Assembly: GCA_020891255.1 (NCBI GenBank)
Contig: BQFW01000013.1
Location: forward strand, 2,232,001 to 2,296,000
Source of the DNA: Entomortierella parvispora E1425
Lineage: Eukaryota; Fungi; Mortierellomycota
DNA length: 64,000 bases
Direction: 5' to 3'
Shown here piece after piece: positions 40,345 through 52,215 of the stretch. Positions within the stretch are counted from its first letter, which is position 1; each line of letters begins with the position of its first letter. Made by a program: the position numbers and the translations under genes. The notes below the pieces were generated by a model. That model had not been told where the DNA came from. It searched no databases and was given only the letters and a program-made list of their open reading frames with translations.

Positions 40345-40455
40345 TGCAATAGGAGTATCGAGGGTGGAGTGGAGACAAGAAGTGAGTTTTATTATATTGC
40401 AAGTTTCTAGCTTTTGTAGGTACACATCGCGTGATGTCACCGTATTCCTGTTACA
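40345..40455 (-). repeat. 5' LTR (111 bp)
   Basis: Identical to 35389-35499; contains tataataaaa on the minus strand. Confidence 0.97.
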
Positions 40456-43430
40456 GTCCGATTCAGTTTGGTGAGTGTCTGCTGCTTCAACGTCTAGATC
40501 TTGAAGGGCACACAGTGGGCTGTCTCTGTCGAATTCGCTTCGGTGAGTTTTGCGCATCCTTTTAAATGCGATATGTCCAAGGCGCCGTAGCTCGATAGCC
40601 ATCATTTCATCGACATCCTCCAGATTCTTTCCGTCTGCTGCCCCAGACAGAGGTGATGACGAGAACTGCTGCTCTCTAGTCGAATTTGAAGTCCCTACAC
40701 TGACGGCGCTTCCTCGTCGATCCATGAACTCGATACCAATTCCTCCGTGGCTTGATTCCAAGAGACCCATCCTCCAACTGCTGTTGCTGAAGCTGTTGTC
40801 CAAGACTTCCACTACTCGACTTTTTAGTTGGCACTCCATGGCCACTATTGTGGTTGCTACTAGGGCTTGATCGCTTCAACATCATGGAGATCATTCCAGG
40901 ACCCATCGACTGCAAGGTCAAACTAGTCTTTCGGGTTTGAAGTGCGCCGTTGCTCCACACATTCTTTGGGGTTTGAAGTGCACCGTTGCTCCACACATTC
41001 TGCATCATCAGTCGATAGAATCCTGTCAAGGTGATTGAAGTAATGTCTCGAAGTGAGCTCCAGTAGTGGCAGATCATGTGAAGATACAGAGGGATATTGA
41101 CAAGGCCCTGCATCCACGGTGCTTTTCGAATGAAGTCCTGGGCTGCGTTTGCTGCATCTGACCCGAGTTCCTGGACCAGGAAGTCTTTGACATTCTGCTG
41201 ACTGAGTCCAGCGGCTTCAAGCTCCAGAACAACTGAGCGCAGTTGTTTGCAGCCCAAACCGGATGGCCTTGTGGTGATCAAAACGTATTGTTGTTCAATC
41301 AGATTCGTTAACAGAGTCCTGAAGACCTGGCATCCTTCATCCTCCATATCTTCTCCGCTCTCATCCAGACCGTCCAAGATGAATAGAACCTTGCCCTCTT
41401 TAGCGCGAATTGCAAGAGCTGTAGCTAACTCTGCCTGTCCTTGGTCAATGCTCTGTGCGGTAAATACCTTCTCGCGAAAGAAACCTTCCAGAGTACGGCT
41501 CTTAGACCCTCGGAGGTGGCGCAGTGGGATCCACAATACGACATCAAATAGATCCCTCCACAGTCCTTGCTGATGTGCATGGACAATTTTCTTGCAGAGT
41601 GTTGTCTTCCCAATGCCTGCTGGTCCTTGCACCAAAACTCGTCCGGGTACACCTTCGTGTCCATAACGCAGCTTGCGCTCGTTGAAAAGTTGTTCCAGAG
41701 GGATCAATGACTCTGTATTTGTGTTCTCAACTCGCTCAAATTTCGGAATGCGATGAAAGCCGGTCGCCTTTGCTCTGAGATCTTGCTTGTGCTGTTGCTG
41801 ATCTAGTGGTGCCTCAGTAGTCGCCAGGTTGACGAAGCATGTCTCCAGGTCCAATTCCTGTCCTGAAGCGTTGTATAAGACGAGATCCGTTGCATGATAG
41901 GTCCTGAGTGCGGAGTGAATGCCACGGAGTATAGGCAGCCAAGGGTACTGATCCTGAGCAGCCGTCAGCAGTGTAGCCTTAGCTAAAGTGTTTCCAGCTG
42001 GATCCACAGTACGGACGTTGCCCAAAGAGGTGACTGGAGATCAGCTATGGCTCTTAGCATAGGGGTTTGTTTCCTAAATTCCCCAAGTAAGGACCAGGCA
42101 TCTAAACAAATTAAAGTAAAAACGAAGCGTCAGAGCCGATTGATTTTGTTAGGCATGGATAGTCATAGATGGTGGAATGGAACGTGGGATTGACTTACCC
42201 TCGAAGTGCGTATCGTTGTTGGTTGTGATGTTGGTGACCACATCAAAGATGACCTGGTCAACTCCCTTTTGTCGGTCCCAAATGCTGGTATCCCTGTACA
42301 GCGCTCCAAGGAAAGCCATACCTTCCTTCCGTTCTTCCAGATCCTATGAGGAGTCAATCACAAACTGCCCAAGCAAATGACAAATCCCCGATTGAAAAAA
42401 AAGTTCGTGTCGGCACGGTGCCTCTGTGACTATCCTGTTGAAATCCACAAGTCGGCCAGTCTTCATTAACAATTCTGAGACACGGAGGGCGCGATACCAT
42501 GCTCTCTTAGACTTGAAAGCTTCCTTCAAGGCAAATGGATGGCTGTCGCAGCTCGTGATTGCTTTAAAGGCGTCCTTGAGTAACCTAGTGCCCCCTTCGC
42601 CTGGCCTCCAAATACTCTCATTATCCGGCATGTACAACAGCGCTTGCGCGGCGCATTCGGCTTGGTATATCACATAAGGATCCTTGTTAGACTTAAACTC
42701 CCGAAGAAGATCTGTCAATGGCCCATGGATGCTCCGGTCAATACCCCTGATATTAACATCCAACATTGCATCCAGAACACGTGAAATCGCGAGTAATAAG
42801 TGGTGATAGTGGCGAATCGTTGGGTAGGTGTACTGGAGACGTCTGTGAAGGGACCGGAGAATAGCCACAAGGTCGTCCGAGTCGATGAATCCTGGGGCAG
42901 CTCCCAGAATCACCTTTGTCAGTCCATCCAATGAGGGCAGGTGTAGTGTCTCGGACTGGTTAACAGTGCCGACAAAAGCCGTGAGGAGAACTCGAAAGTT
43001 GTCTCTATCAAGTACAGGGACCAACTGGACAACTTCATCAACTGTAGCCGAATCCTTCAGAGTATCTGCAGCAAAGTTCCGAATAATTTGAGCAGTCATG
43101 GTCTCCAAGTAGTCTTTTTCGTCCCAGGCTGAGCGTCGCCACTTTATCTCCTCTGGAGAGAGTTCGTCATCTTGCACGTCATTCTGCAATAGTGCAAGGC
43201 AGTAGGCGAGTTGGTGGGTGGATTGTAAAAGTTCGTCTGGGTCGGGCAGCCGGCAGATAGAGCGAATGGCGGTTACATCCTTGCTGAAGTACAGTGGAGA
43301 GACCTCCATACCAGGAGCTGAGATTTGATACAACTGATCAAGGGGAGGGGAGTGTTGTTTGTCGAGAGCAGTCCAAAGGGGTGGCGGAAGTTGAGGGCGA
43401 GTCGAAATAGAAGTCGAAGCGGAGACTGTG
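40456..43430 (-). pseudogene. NLR3, 5' half (linker, ARM-like domain, NACHT)
   Basis: GPAGIGKTT and LFILDGLDE. Conserved phase-1 intron 42198-42034. Lesions: TGG>TAG at 42344-42346, a ~35-aa deletion in the ARM domain, a 36-bp tandem duplication (40935-41005) and ~270 bp of foreign sequence. Confidence 0.88.
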
Positions 43431-44197
43431 AAGACAGATTACAGAATATCGTTAGAAATGTGAATTGAAGGCCAGGCTGAGTGGATGTTAGGGTTCATCC
43501 TCACGAAGAAAATGCATCCATACAGCTGAGCAAAGGGTTCCTCCTACATCACTAATTTCCCCGAGATAGTCCTGGTACGACCGATGACGTTGAAAAGGCA
43601 GCTGGATCTTCAACTTTTTCTCATCAAGCAACCGCCTAGCGGAATGGCGTTCAGAAGCAGAACCTTAGTAAGCATAGCCCAAGTGGAAGGCAGGCCTTGA
43701 TCCCAAGTATGGCCCTCGCGAGTTAGGTTTGTCATCACAGCGAGAGCACAATACCTTGGAAGTAACTGGCGCTCTAGCTATCGACAGTACACGGTTGAAG
43801 GCGTATTGAGGGATCGCTACAAAACTAGGATCTGAATCTTGAGAGGATGACGAGGGTGTAGCGAACAAGTGAAAAGAGAAGGAAAGAGCAAGAACAAGCC
43901 CTGACTCAAAGTGATTTTTTCAGCCTTTGTGCACTCCCCCCTGAGCAAAAGATGCATGCATGCACAGGCCGGTAGGGTACCGTTAGTCAACAAAAGACTT
44001 GTGTGCCCAACACGCTGCTTTCTTTGCCCTGGCTTTGCCTTTGCAATCATCTCATCGGTGGCATCATTCATTCTGGTCCAGCATTGTCTTGACCTTCACG
44101 GCATCGACGGTGATGGCGCGTTGTTGGGGGACAGGAATCATGCCACGCGGGAGGATGAGACTATCTGCATTATTATCAGCATGCGGATGGAAGGAAG

Positions 44198-45115
44198 GAC
44201 ATCTTGTGTCTGCGTCCTGGGGGAGGGGGAGAGAGAGATGCATTTCCACTGCTGCCCTGAGGTCCATGCGGATCGAATGTGTTTTCCGTTGAGTCAAGAG
44301 GGGCGAGACAGAGGGAAAAGGGACGGGAGCGGGGCAAAAAGGGGCGGAACACACGCGCACTCGACTGGACGGGTGGCTTTGCTGCACAGCATGGAATACA
44401 GCCCTGATCATGGCATGCGGTACGATACGCTCCCCATCACTCTTAGTCTTCTGCTCTCTGCGCAGCTGCCATCTATCTCTTCTGCCCGAGTCATTGTCGG
44501 CTTCAGATCAACCCCCCATATGTGGTCCCCTCCCTTCAAGTGTTCTCTGTCCGAAAATATGTTTGCTCCGAGTCGCTGTCCTCTTCATACCCCCATGATG
44601 CCATGGAACGTCGCCTGATCAGGCTTGTCCCTGAATGAAGGTAATGAATGCAATGAATATAAAGGCAATGGCCAACATTGACATGCAAACATCCTCTAGT
44701 AAGTGTCTTTCTCGCTCTTCGACCCTGGTTCATTTTTGGGTACCGTATCTTGTGCTTTGAATTTACTACATGTGTCCAGAAAGCGCAGGGTGAATCTCTA
44801 GCAGCATCTTGATGTGATCATGAAGCGCTACTTTTGGTGCTTGACTGCTTCCACATCAATAAACAATCGACCGTATTTTCAACTAAACTACAGAGGAACC
44901 GGCTCTTGGCTACCACTGCACGATAATGTCGCGAGAAAAGAGGGAGGGTTTCATCGCTTATACATTTTATACATCACAGCAATGGAAGAGTCAAGGTTGC
45001 CGTTGAAGTTCTGCCATAAGTGATGTTGTGCCAAAATGGTAATGATTCACGGGGAACTAGCTGTGCAGAACTCATGGAAAAGGGGATTGCTAGCCAGGGA
45101 GAGGATAGACGGTGC
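44198..45115 (+). repeat. Segmental duplication block, paralogous to 58241-59130
   Basis: Colinear match, e.g. acatcttgtgtctgcgtcctggggg.., gcaatggccaacattgacatgcaaacatcctctagtaagtgtc and ..gagaggatagacg. Confidence 0.9.
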
Positions 45116-45317
45116 AGGATTTCACTGTACTGTCAAGGGTGCTGACCAATGTAGATCTCAGTCGGGGGATGGAAGTATTGTTGAAGGGGGCTGGAAGTAA
45201 TTCGGGGTGCAATACCCATACTTTCTGTCACAGCGATGTCTGGCGGGGGGAGGTCCCTTCATCTGAAGATTCCAGACTTGTCCTTTATTGCTTGCCAGCG
45301 AAGAAGGAAACGTTGTC

Positions 45318-45665
45318 CTATTTGTCAACACAAACGTTTTCTTGTAAGAAAGCCCAACAGCCCCCTAGCACCAGTCCCAAGATGCATCCAAGGACACAGG
45401 TGTACAGGTTGAGTCCGGCGGCGATACCCATGGCGCGAATCGATTGCATCATGGCCACAAACCCTCCCACAGGTGTGTAGCCGGCATGGCATGCCATCAT
45501 CCAGGCGGCAAGCGATCCGGCGGCAATGCCTCCGACTGTAAAGCCCGATAAAAACGGCACTGTGGCCACTAGAATCAGGAGGCCAAGAATGCCGGAGCAT
45601 GCACTGATTAAAAGATATTTGCACATGCCGCTCAAGCACGATGGGATACCCTCTATTTGATCCAT
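45318..45665 (-). CDS. IFI6/IFI27 (ISG12)-like small membrane protein
   Basis: LSGFTVGGIAAGSLAAWMMACHAGYTPVGGFVAMMQSIRAMG matches the ISG12 motif GFT..GIAAGS.AA.MM..GG.VA..QS.GA; flanked by hydrophobic helices. Confidence 0.75.
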   Translation of the reverse strand: MDQIEGIPSCLSGMCKYLLISACSGILGLLILVATVPFLSGFTVGGIAAGSLAAWMMACHAGYTPVGGFVAMMQSIRAMGIAAGLNLYTCVLGCILGLVLGGCWAFLQENVCVDK

Positions 45666-46291
45666 GTTTTTTTTTTTTTTTTTTTTTTGCTCTTCAACAA
45701 AGGGTTTCTTGACGCTATGTGCAAATAGAAAAGATCGAAGATAGAATTATAGCTGTAAAGCTGAAGGACGCAAGCAAACTATGGGATGGGGTTTGGAAAA
45801 GATAGAGTTGAAAAAGATGAACGGAAGCGAAGGTTATGTACCTTCACCCCCCACTCTTGGTCCAATGGGTAATATCGACCTTGGTTGTTCAAAGAAAATT
45901 TCGAAGGTCAGGAGCCAAGGCAGCACAGCTCTGGCATCCGTGCATTTTTTTTTTTGGGGGGGGGGGGGGGTGTGTGGCAGAGTCAGAGGTCAAGAGCTCC
46001 TCACAACAGTGGCCATGGACAGGCTCGCAATTGTCCAGAAGGCGGTTTTTTCTGGCGTTGGTCCAACAGCACCCATGGTTGCTTGCACAATGAAACTGTC
46101 AGGGGCCAGGGGCAAGGACTTGACGACTTGCTTGCAGACTGCTCTGCTGCGTGCTGGGATCTTTGAGTGCATTTTCCTCATGAGCCACACAGTCTGGCCC
46201 AGCACAGACTCGGCCTCAGTTCTCCAGGTACTCGCTGTAGTTGATGATGCACTACAAGTAGTACAGCTAGCTGCAAGTTCTCAGCTCATTT

Positions 46292-49015
46292 TTATTTTAT
46301 CACATATTTGATCAAGTCCCTCAATCGGATTATCTCCGTTTTCTTTTCTTCAATGCCATCGAAAAAAAAGTCGTCCATGTTGGACATATTGATATACACC
46401 ATTACATCCTCGGTACCGGTAGCAGGGTCCTTCTTGATATGAGTAACATGTTGTTCTCCTTTGACACAAGGGAGCTCAATGTGAATACGTAGGATACCTG
46501 TGATCTTGTGTCCTCCGGATTTGACAAAGTCCCTCCGAATCCCTTCCATCGATTTGTACGTTTCCTCTCCGTCTGCCTTCATGAAGCTGCAACGAATGTC
46601 AGTCGAGGTTTCATTCGCTTTGTGAAGCGACTGGGGTATAGGATTGCTAAAAAACTTGATGCCCAGAGAGCCAGCGTACTGAGGATCGGAAAAGAACCAT
46701 GCTCCATCTTGGCGAGTGCCAGATTTCTCAGCCAGGAGCTTGTTCGATGGGCGCTCCAAGAGGAATTGAAGATCGCCCCTAGTGTTGTCGCTTAGTCCAT
46801 ATCCATATCCCTGCGCCGTGTTGATTTCGTCGATCTGAAGCTTCAGTCCCTGGCACCATGCAGGCAATTCGATGCCTTTAAGGAAAGGGAGGTCCGCCAG
46901 ATAGAAGTTATTAAATCGCTGTAAAGCCCTCCAGACAAGCGGCTCCAGACAATTCCCTTTGGCGGATGATTTCAGGCCCAAATTTTGGAGGATCTCGTAA
47001 AGTTGATGAAGATGGCCCAAAAAGACGAGATCCTTCCCCAACAGTTTTAGCTCTTCCTCGACAACTTCGACAACAAGCGGCTCTTCCATGAGCCAATTCA
47101 CACCATCCTTCTGCAATTGCAGACTACACACAGCCTTGTCCACGAAGTCGGCTTGGGTGCTTATCGAGAACCACGTCTTGCCCCCATCAAGCTTGTAGGC
47201 TAATACCATACGGCCGAGAAGATGCGCGACATCGCCAGTCCTGTCGTCTGTCAGAAGTTGTCTGACTCCTGCCTGTAGCGACAACTTTGATCGAGCAATC
47301 GCCAAATCTATCACTTCATCCAGTCTGGCCTGTTTGGAGCTGTGGGGTTCAATGTGGCGGTACTCAAACATTTCATTGACAACACTAACCGAAAATCGTG
47401 CTCTTCCTGTTAACTTCTGGCGCTTGACAGGCGGGATCGTACAGTCCGAGATGTCAACAAGTTCCGATAGTACGTTCTGCACGTCTTCTTCGTTAAACAC
47501 GGGGAATTGCGTAATTCTGTGGAAGTTTGTGCGCTTTCCGACCGCTGGGTATACGTCATCCGCATCCTGCAACGACATCGACGTTCCAAGTACCACCAGC
47601 GTTAAACGCATGTTGCCCAGTGTTGCACAAAGGGGCGTGAGGAACCCCCGAAGGTGGATATCCTGTATGCGACCCTTGCCGTCGAGGATCTTGTTGCCCT
47701 CAACAATGGAAGATGGTGCAATAAATGTCTTGGGTAAGATACGATTTCCTGCGACTTGGGCTTCATCCAGAGCGACTACGAGTCCCAGTCCTCGTTTCGT
47801 AAGATATTCAGTCAAACTCTTCTCCACTTGATGGTGCATGTCAACGATTGTGTCTGCATCATACAGGCGCAACTTCTTGACTAGTTCCCGGATTGTTATG
47901 GCTCCTCCATTGGCCTGTTCGCGAAAGAACTGCAGCGGCTCAAGATTCGGGTCGATGCTGAAAAGGACCTGAAGAAATAGCTGTCTTGCCAGGAATTCTA
48001 GCATGACACGTTCTCCTGCAAGTTGTTTCAGGCGTGTGTCATATTGTATCAGATCGTTTAGTGAATTTAGTGCGGGCTTCGGAAAATTTGCGTACATCTG
48101 TTGAACATCCTGCGCAAGCGTAATAAAGTTGGGATCCTTGAAGTCAGGCGACTCCAAGCTCCATGGGTAACAGCACACGCAATATATAACGAAATGTGTC
48201 CTTGCCAGGTCGATCACTGTTGCAGTCTTTCCGGATCCTGATCGACCAACCATGGCCACCACACTCTGGCCAGTCGTCCTGCCTACATCCTCTCCAACAA
48301 TCTCGAGTAGCGTCTTGTTATCGGTCGACATTGGCTGCTTATTCCGTAATAGTCCCAGCATCGCCGGGATCATGAGATCCTCTCTTTCACCATATGGCAG
48401 GGGTTTCTCATAGAAGGGGCCAAGTTTTTTTTTTTGAGCGGCTACAACCTTCGCTGGGTCGATAGTGTGCTTAACGTGGGCTTGACGGCTCTCCTCGATG
48501 ATTTGTGCCAGCTCATTATCGATCCCTTCACTGGGATTGGCTTTCTTCAGGATAGTTGACGCTGTATGAAAACGAGAGAAAGAGTATTAGTTAAGTATTT
48601 ATAGAGAGCTGAGGCTTCCTTAAGAGCAACCCTGCATTCTGGCCCCCGGCTAAACTCACACGCGTCCATCCGGAAAAGCTAGGGGCATACCTTCGGGTTT
48701 CTCAACAACGATGTATGTGTTGTCGTCAGGACTCTCAGGGAACAGCTTGGAAAGGCCTGTCCTTGGATTGTCAAGCTTTATTTTGTCGCCCAAACTACCA
48801 AGCTCGATTATGCGCTCCTCTCCGACAGGGATCGTGGCTTTCCATAGCACCAGGTCCTTAGCTTTGATTTGTCCAGATGGATTTGAAATCACCTTGAAGA
48901 CGTCATCCTTGAGATCACTGACGTCCGCATCTTTGTCCACAATTCTGACTTTGAAGGATTTGGACGTGGACTCGCCGCTGATGAGACAGAAGAGTGTGAG
49001 TGTGTCTGTCGCCAT
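46292..49015 (-). CDS. Crinkler (CRN)-type effector: ubiquitin-like N-terminal domain, P-loop NTPase, predicted PD-(D/E)xK nuclease; 864 aa, exons 49015-48691 and 48561-46292
   Basis: LTLFCLISGE..VSDLKD..LVLWKA..YIVVEKP is the CRN N-terminus. Walker A GRSGSGKT and Walker B VVALDEA. C-terminal GNCLE..QDGAW..LGIKF. Exon lengths sum to 2595 nt, in frame. Confidence 0.85.
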
Positions 49016-50061
49016 GGTGGATGCGGTTGTAGAGGAAAAGCGAGTTTGTGAATGGAGGAATGGGAGGTGATGTGGATGGTGGAGGAAAAGGACTAATTTC
49101 CTCATTTTGGTAGCGCGCATTCGAAAGCAGTATGTAAGAATAAGGGCGAGACAAGCGGTGTGGCTTGGCCTTGGGAGCCGCAACGTCACAGAAGTGAGTG
49201 CCACTGATCTACTGCAACGGCCGACTCAGAGCACAGATCAAGCCAGATTTGCCACACGCGGGCCGTGTCCAAATTTAGGTTGCAATCGACTCGCCCCACA
49301 GGCTGAAGCAAATGGAAAGGGACTCGCGTCAAGAATAGCAGCTGGAAAACAAAGAACAAGGGAAACAATGGAACAAAGACAGAAACAAGGAACAACTGCC
49401 GCCTAGAGGCCCCACTTCAATGATCAACACACACCTCGTAGGCACATATAAAGAAAAGCACAAGAAAAATAAAGAAAATCGAGCACCTTCGTACTACAAA
49501 TTTTAAGTCAAGAACTCCACCCCTTCCCGTTCATCTTCACAAAACCACGCACGAGTACATCCACAACAAAGTACAGTTACTTTTACACTGTCAAGCGATC
49601 GTACTCTGCTTTCTTCACTTCTTCGTCTACAGACCAACTTTCATCATTCCATTAACTCTACCCCGTCCTTACACCGAGGGGCAAGAGAGAGCTTTCGATA
49701 GCCTGGGATTTAGGCGGGCGTTCATCACCTTTGTTGTCGCTCTCGCCGTTTTCTCTATCTACTTCTTCTTACTCGGACCGTACGCAATTCCTGAGGCAAC
49801 CATTGGTTTGAGTTTTATCATCCTCTGCAGTTTCCTCGTTGCCATCCCTTTCATTTAAAGACTCATCAACGACACTACCTTCTACTTCACTGACTGGTTT
49901 CAGTACAACTTCAAAATCCGAGAAAAGCTGCCCTATCTGGAATACCTTATGAGCTCTCTTCTCATCATTGTCCTTCTTTTTCTCTCGCCCTCCTCATAAC
50001 TTTCAGTCTCTACTATTCTACTACCATTATTTTCGATCGCCTCGTTAAAACCCTTTCACCT

Positions 50062-51510
50062 TTGATCAGACGCACCTACCTTATCCTGTCCCACATCCAA
50101 CGCGTCCCCTCTTTCATCTCATACGCCTTTTCGTACGCTACAACAGATTACCGATTTTGGCATGTCACCAAACAGAAGTTCAACAATCTCCGACAATCCA
50201 TTTCGCACCACTTCTTCCTCTTCATTTCTCTTGTCTGGAACTTCCAGGTATTCTTCTTTTACGGTTATTCATACCTGGTCAGTGAACTACAACGGGCACA
50301 TCCAGGGCCTTTGTCTGTTCTATTGGTCAACGGTTATCAACAAGTTCGTGGCATCGTTAAGACCGTAGTCCTGAGTGCAGTTGTCCTATGTGTCCTGTTC
50401 CTCAGTCTCTACGCCCTGTATTTTCTTTTCTTATATTGACTAAACCCAATCTTTGTCGTGTTTCCTCTCGTCTATCTTCTTCTAAGAAGCACCTTCGATA
50501 ACCTATTGTTCATTGTCCAAAAGACCGGCCCAACTCATCCGAACCACTTGGCGACTCTTCACTGCCGCCTTTACGTTGGTACTCCGCCTCGCTCGACTTT
50601 CTATTCCTCTCGTTCATATCTTGGCAAGTGTCGCGTCGACTGCATACAAGAAAGCTCTTTGGATCATCACCCTCTCACTTTCGATCCTCCCTTACATTCA
50701 TCGGTACCTTCCTAGCACTCTTCTTACTCCAACTTGGCCTGACCTTCTCTCCCTCGTGGTTGATCCACTGGTTTTGGTTGTTCTCGTCATCCTTTTTCTT
50801 CTGGTTACAATCGCTTTTTCCTATCAGCTGGTTTTCAGAAGCAAGGAGATACTTCGAGTCGTTTTCCGTTGGAACGTCGCTGTCCTCAAGTTCTCCCTTA
50901 CCCTCGCCATTGCCAGACTCGCCCTCAAAATCATCTCTATCACCTTCAGCAACTTCGAAGACCGCTCTCAGCACTCCTCCGCTACAACAGTCACTACATC
51001 CTTGTCCGCCTCCACAACCTCTTTGATCACGAGTGACCTAGTCAGTACCGCCATCTCAGCTTCCTCAACAACAACCCCCGCTGTTCCCTCTTACCCAGAG
51101 TCTATGTCCAAGTCCCAATCTTCAGAAACTCCATATACTCATCAAGAGACATCTACCACTACGATCCCCTTCTCAACCATTTCCACTACACTACGATCCC
51201 CTTCTCAACCATTTCCACTATAACCGCTCCTTTTCTGACATTTACGGCAACAACACTTCTATCACCCTTTCAAACCCCTGACTCTTTCTACACGCCATCC
51301 CCCACGATGAGTGAAGACATCACGACTACTACTTTCCCCTCATCGGCCAGCCCAACGGCCACAATGACCCCCGAGGGTAACACAACTAGTTGGCAGTCAC
51401 AAGATCCACCCCACAGTGGCGCGCCACACAGCACTGATGCACGCTGTGGACGATCCTGCTCTCATCGAAAAAGTTTGTCTCCTCGGTCAGGATATTCAGA
51501 CTCAAGCTAA
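50062..51510 (+). pseudogene. Disrupted multi-pass membrane protein gene with a Ser/Thr-rich tail
   Basis: Hydrophobic ORFs 50062..50439 and 50513..51223. Removing a 32-bp tandem duplication (about 51157-51220) joins 50513..51223 in frame with 51307..51510. Confidence 0.5.
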
Positions 51511-51710
51511 AGCGAACAGCCTCTAAGGACTGGCGAAACGAAAGCCTCTACGCCACCCAAGAATGCAAGAGACATAGACCGCATCCCAGAGAGTTTTAGT
51601 GAGGAAGACAGAAAAGACACTACTGGCCATGGAACAGAACAATGGAGCAGAGGGACGAGCTTCAAGCATTGCTCAATGTGCAGATATATGCAAGCACTCG
51701 CGTCTGGTCT

Positions 51711-51744
<34 letters not shown>

Positions 51745-52215
51745 GCGACATCCTTGAATCAAATGGCAACAATGAGTTTTCCAAAACTGCGCCTGTGCTG
51801 AACTGCTGACTGTGGGTCCGTCGAAAGCGCTACAGATGTATGAGGATATCAGGAGAGCATCTCGACCTTTTGATTTCTTTTGTCACATCTGTCCAGAAGC
51901 AGAAGAGGTTGCTTTGACCGTCCACAATCGTGTCCTCCATACGCCGTCTATGAATCGCTTAGGCCCTCATTGTTGCATCAATAAACAACCCATCCTTTTG
52001 GCTTTTGATGTACCTTCACTAAAGTCTCGCTGAGGTTCAAGGCAACTAGATGAAACAACCGTTGTAGACATTTTGCTCGCTCTTCTGATGAAAGAGATGG
52101 AATGTACGGGCATGCTCGTTGTACCTCCTGTTATACCCTTTGATGGTTCTCATCACTCATAGTAAAGAAGTAGAGCTACATTCATCGCGCTTCTGTAAGA
52201 ATTTTACTTCTTGTT

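Larger units (their letters stand above)
35389..40455 (-). mobile_element. Complete Ty3/Gypsy chromovirus LTR retrotransposon (5067 bp)
   Basis: Identical 111-bp LTRs with TG..CA ends, 5-bp TSD GTCCG (35384-35388 and 40456-40460), PBS, PPT, gag, then protease-RT-RNase H-integrase-chromodomain order. Confidence 0.97.

Noticed and set aside
45781-46311. 176-aa plus-strand ORF and many other 60-200 aa ORFs in low-complexity or antisense regions (e.g. 8071..8655, 15956..16426, 43911..44618, 54331..54765)
   Set aside because: They are antisense to real genes or TEs, or arise from homopolymer and purine-rich tracts, and show no family motifs.
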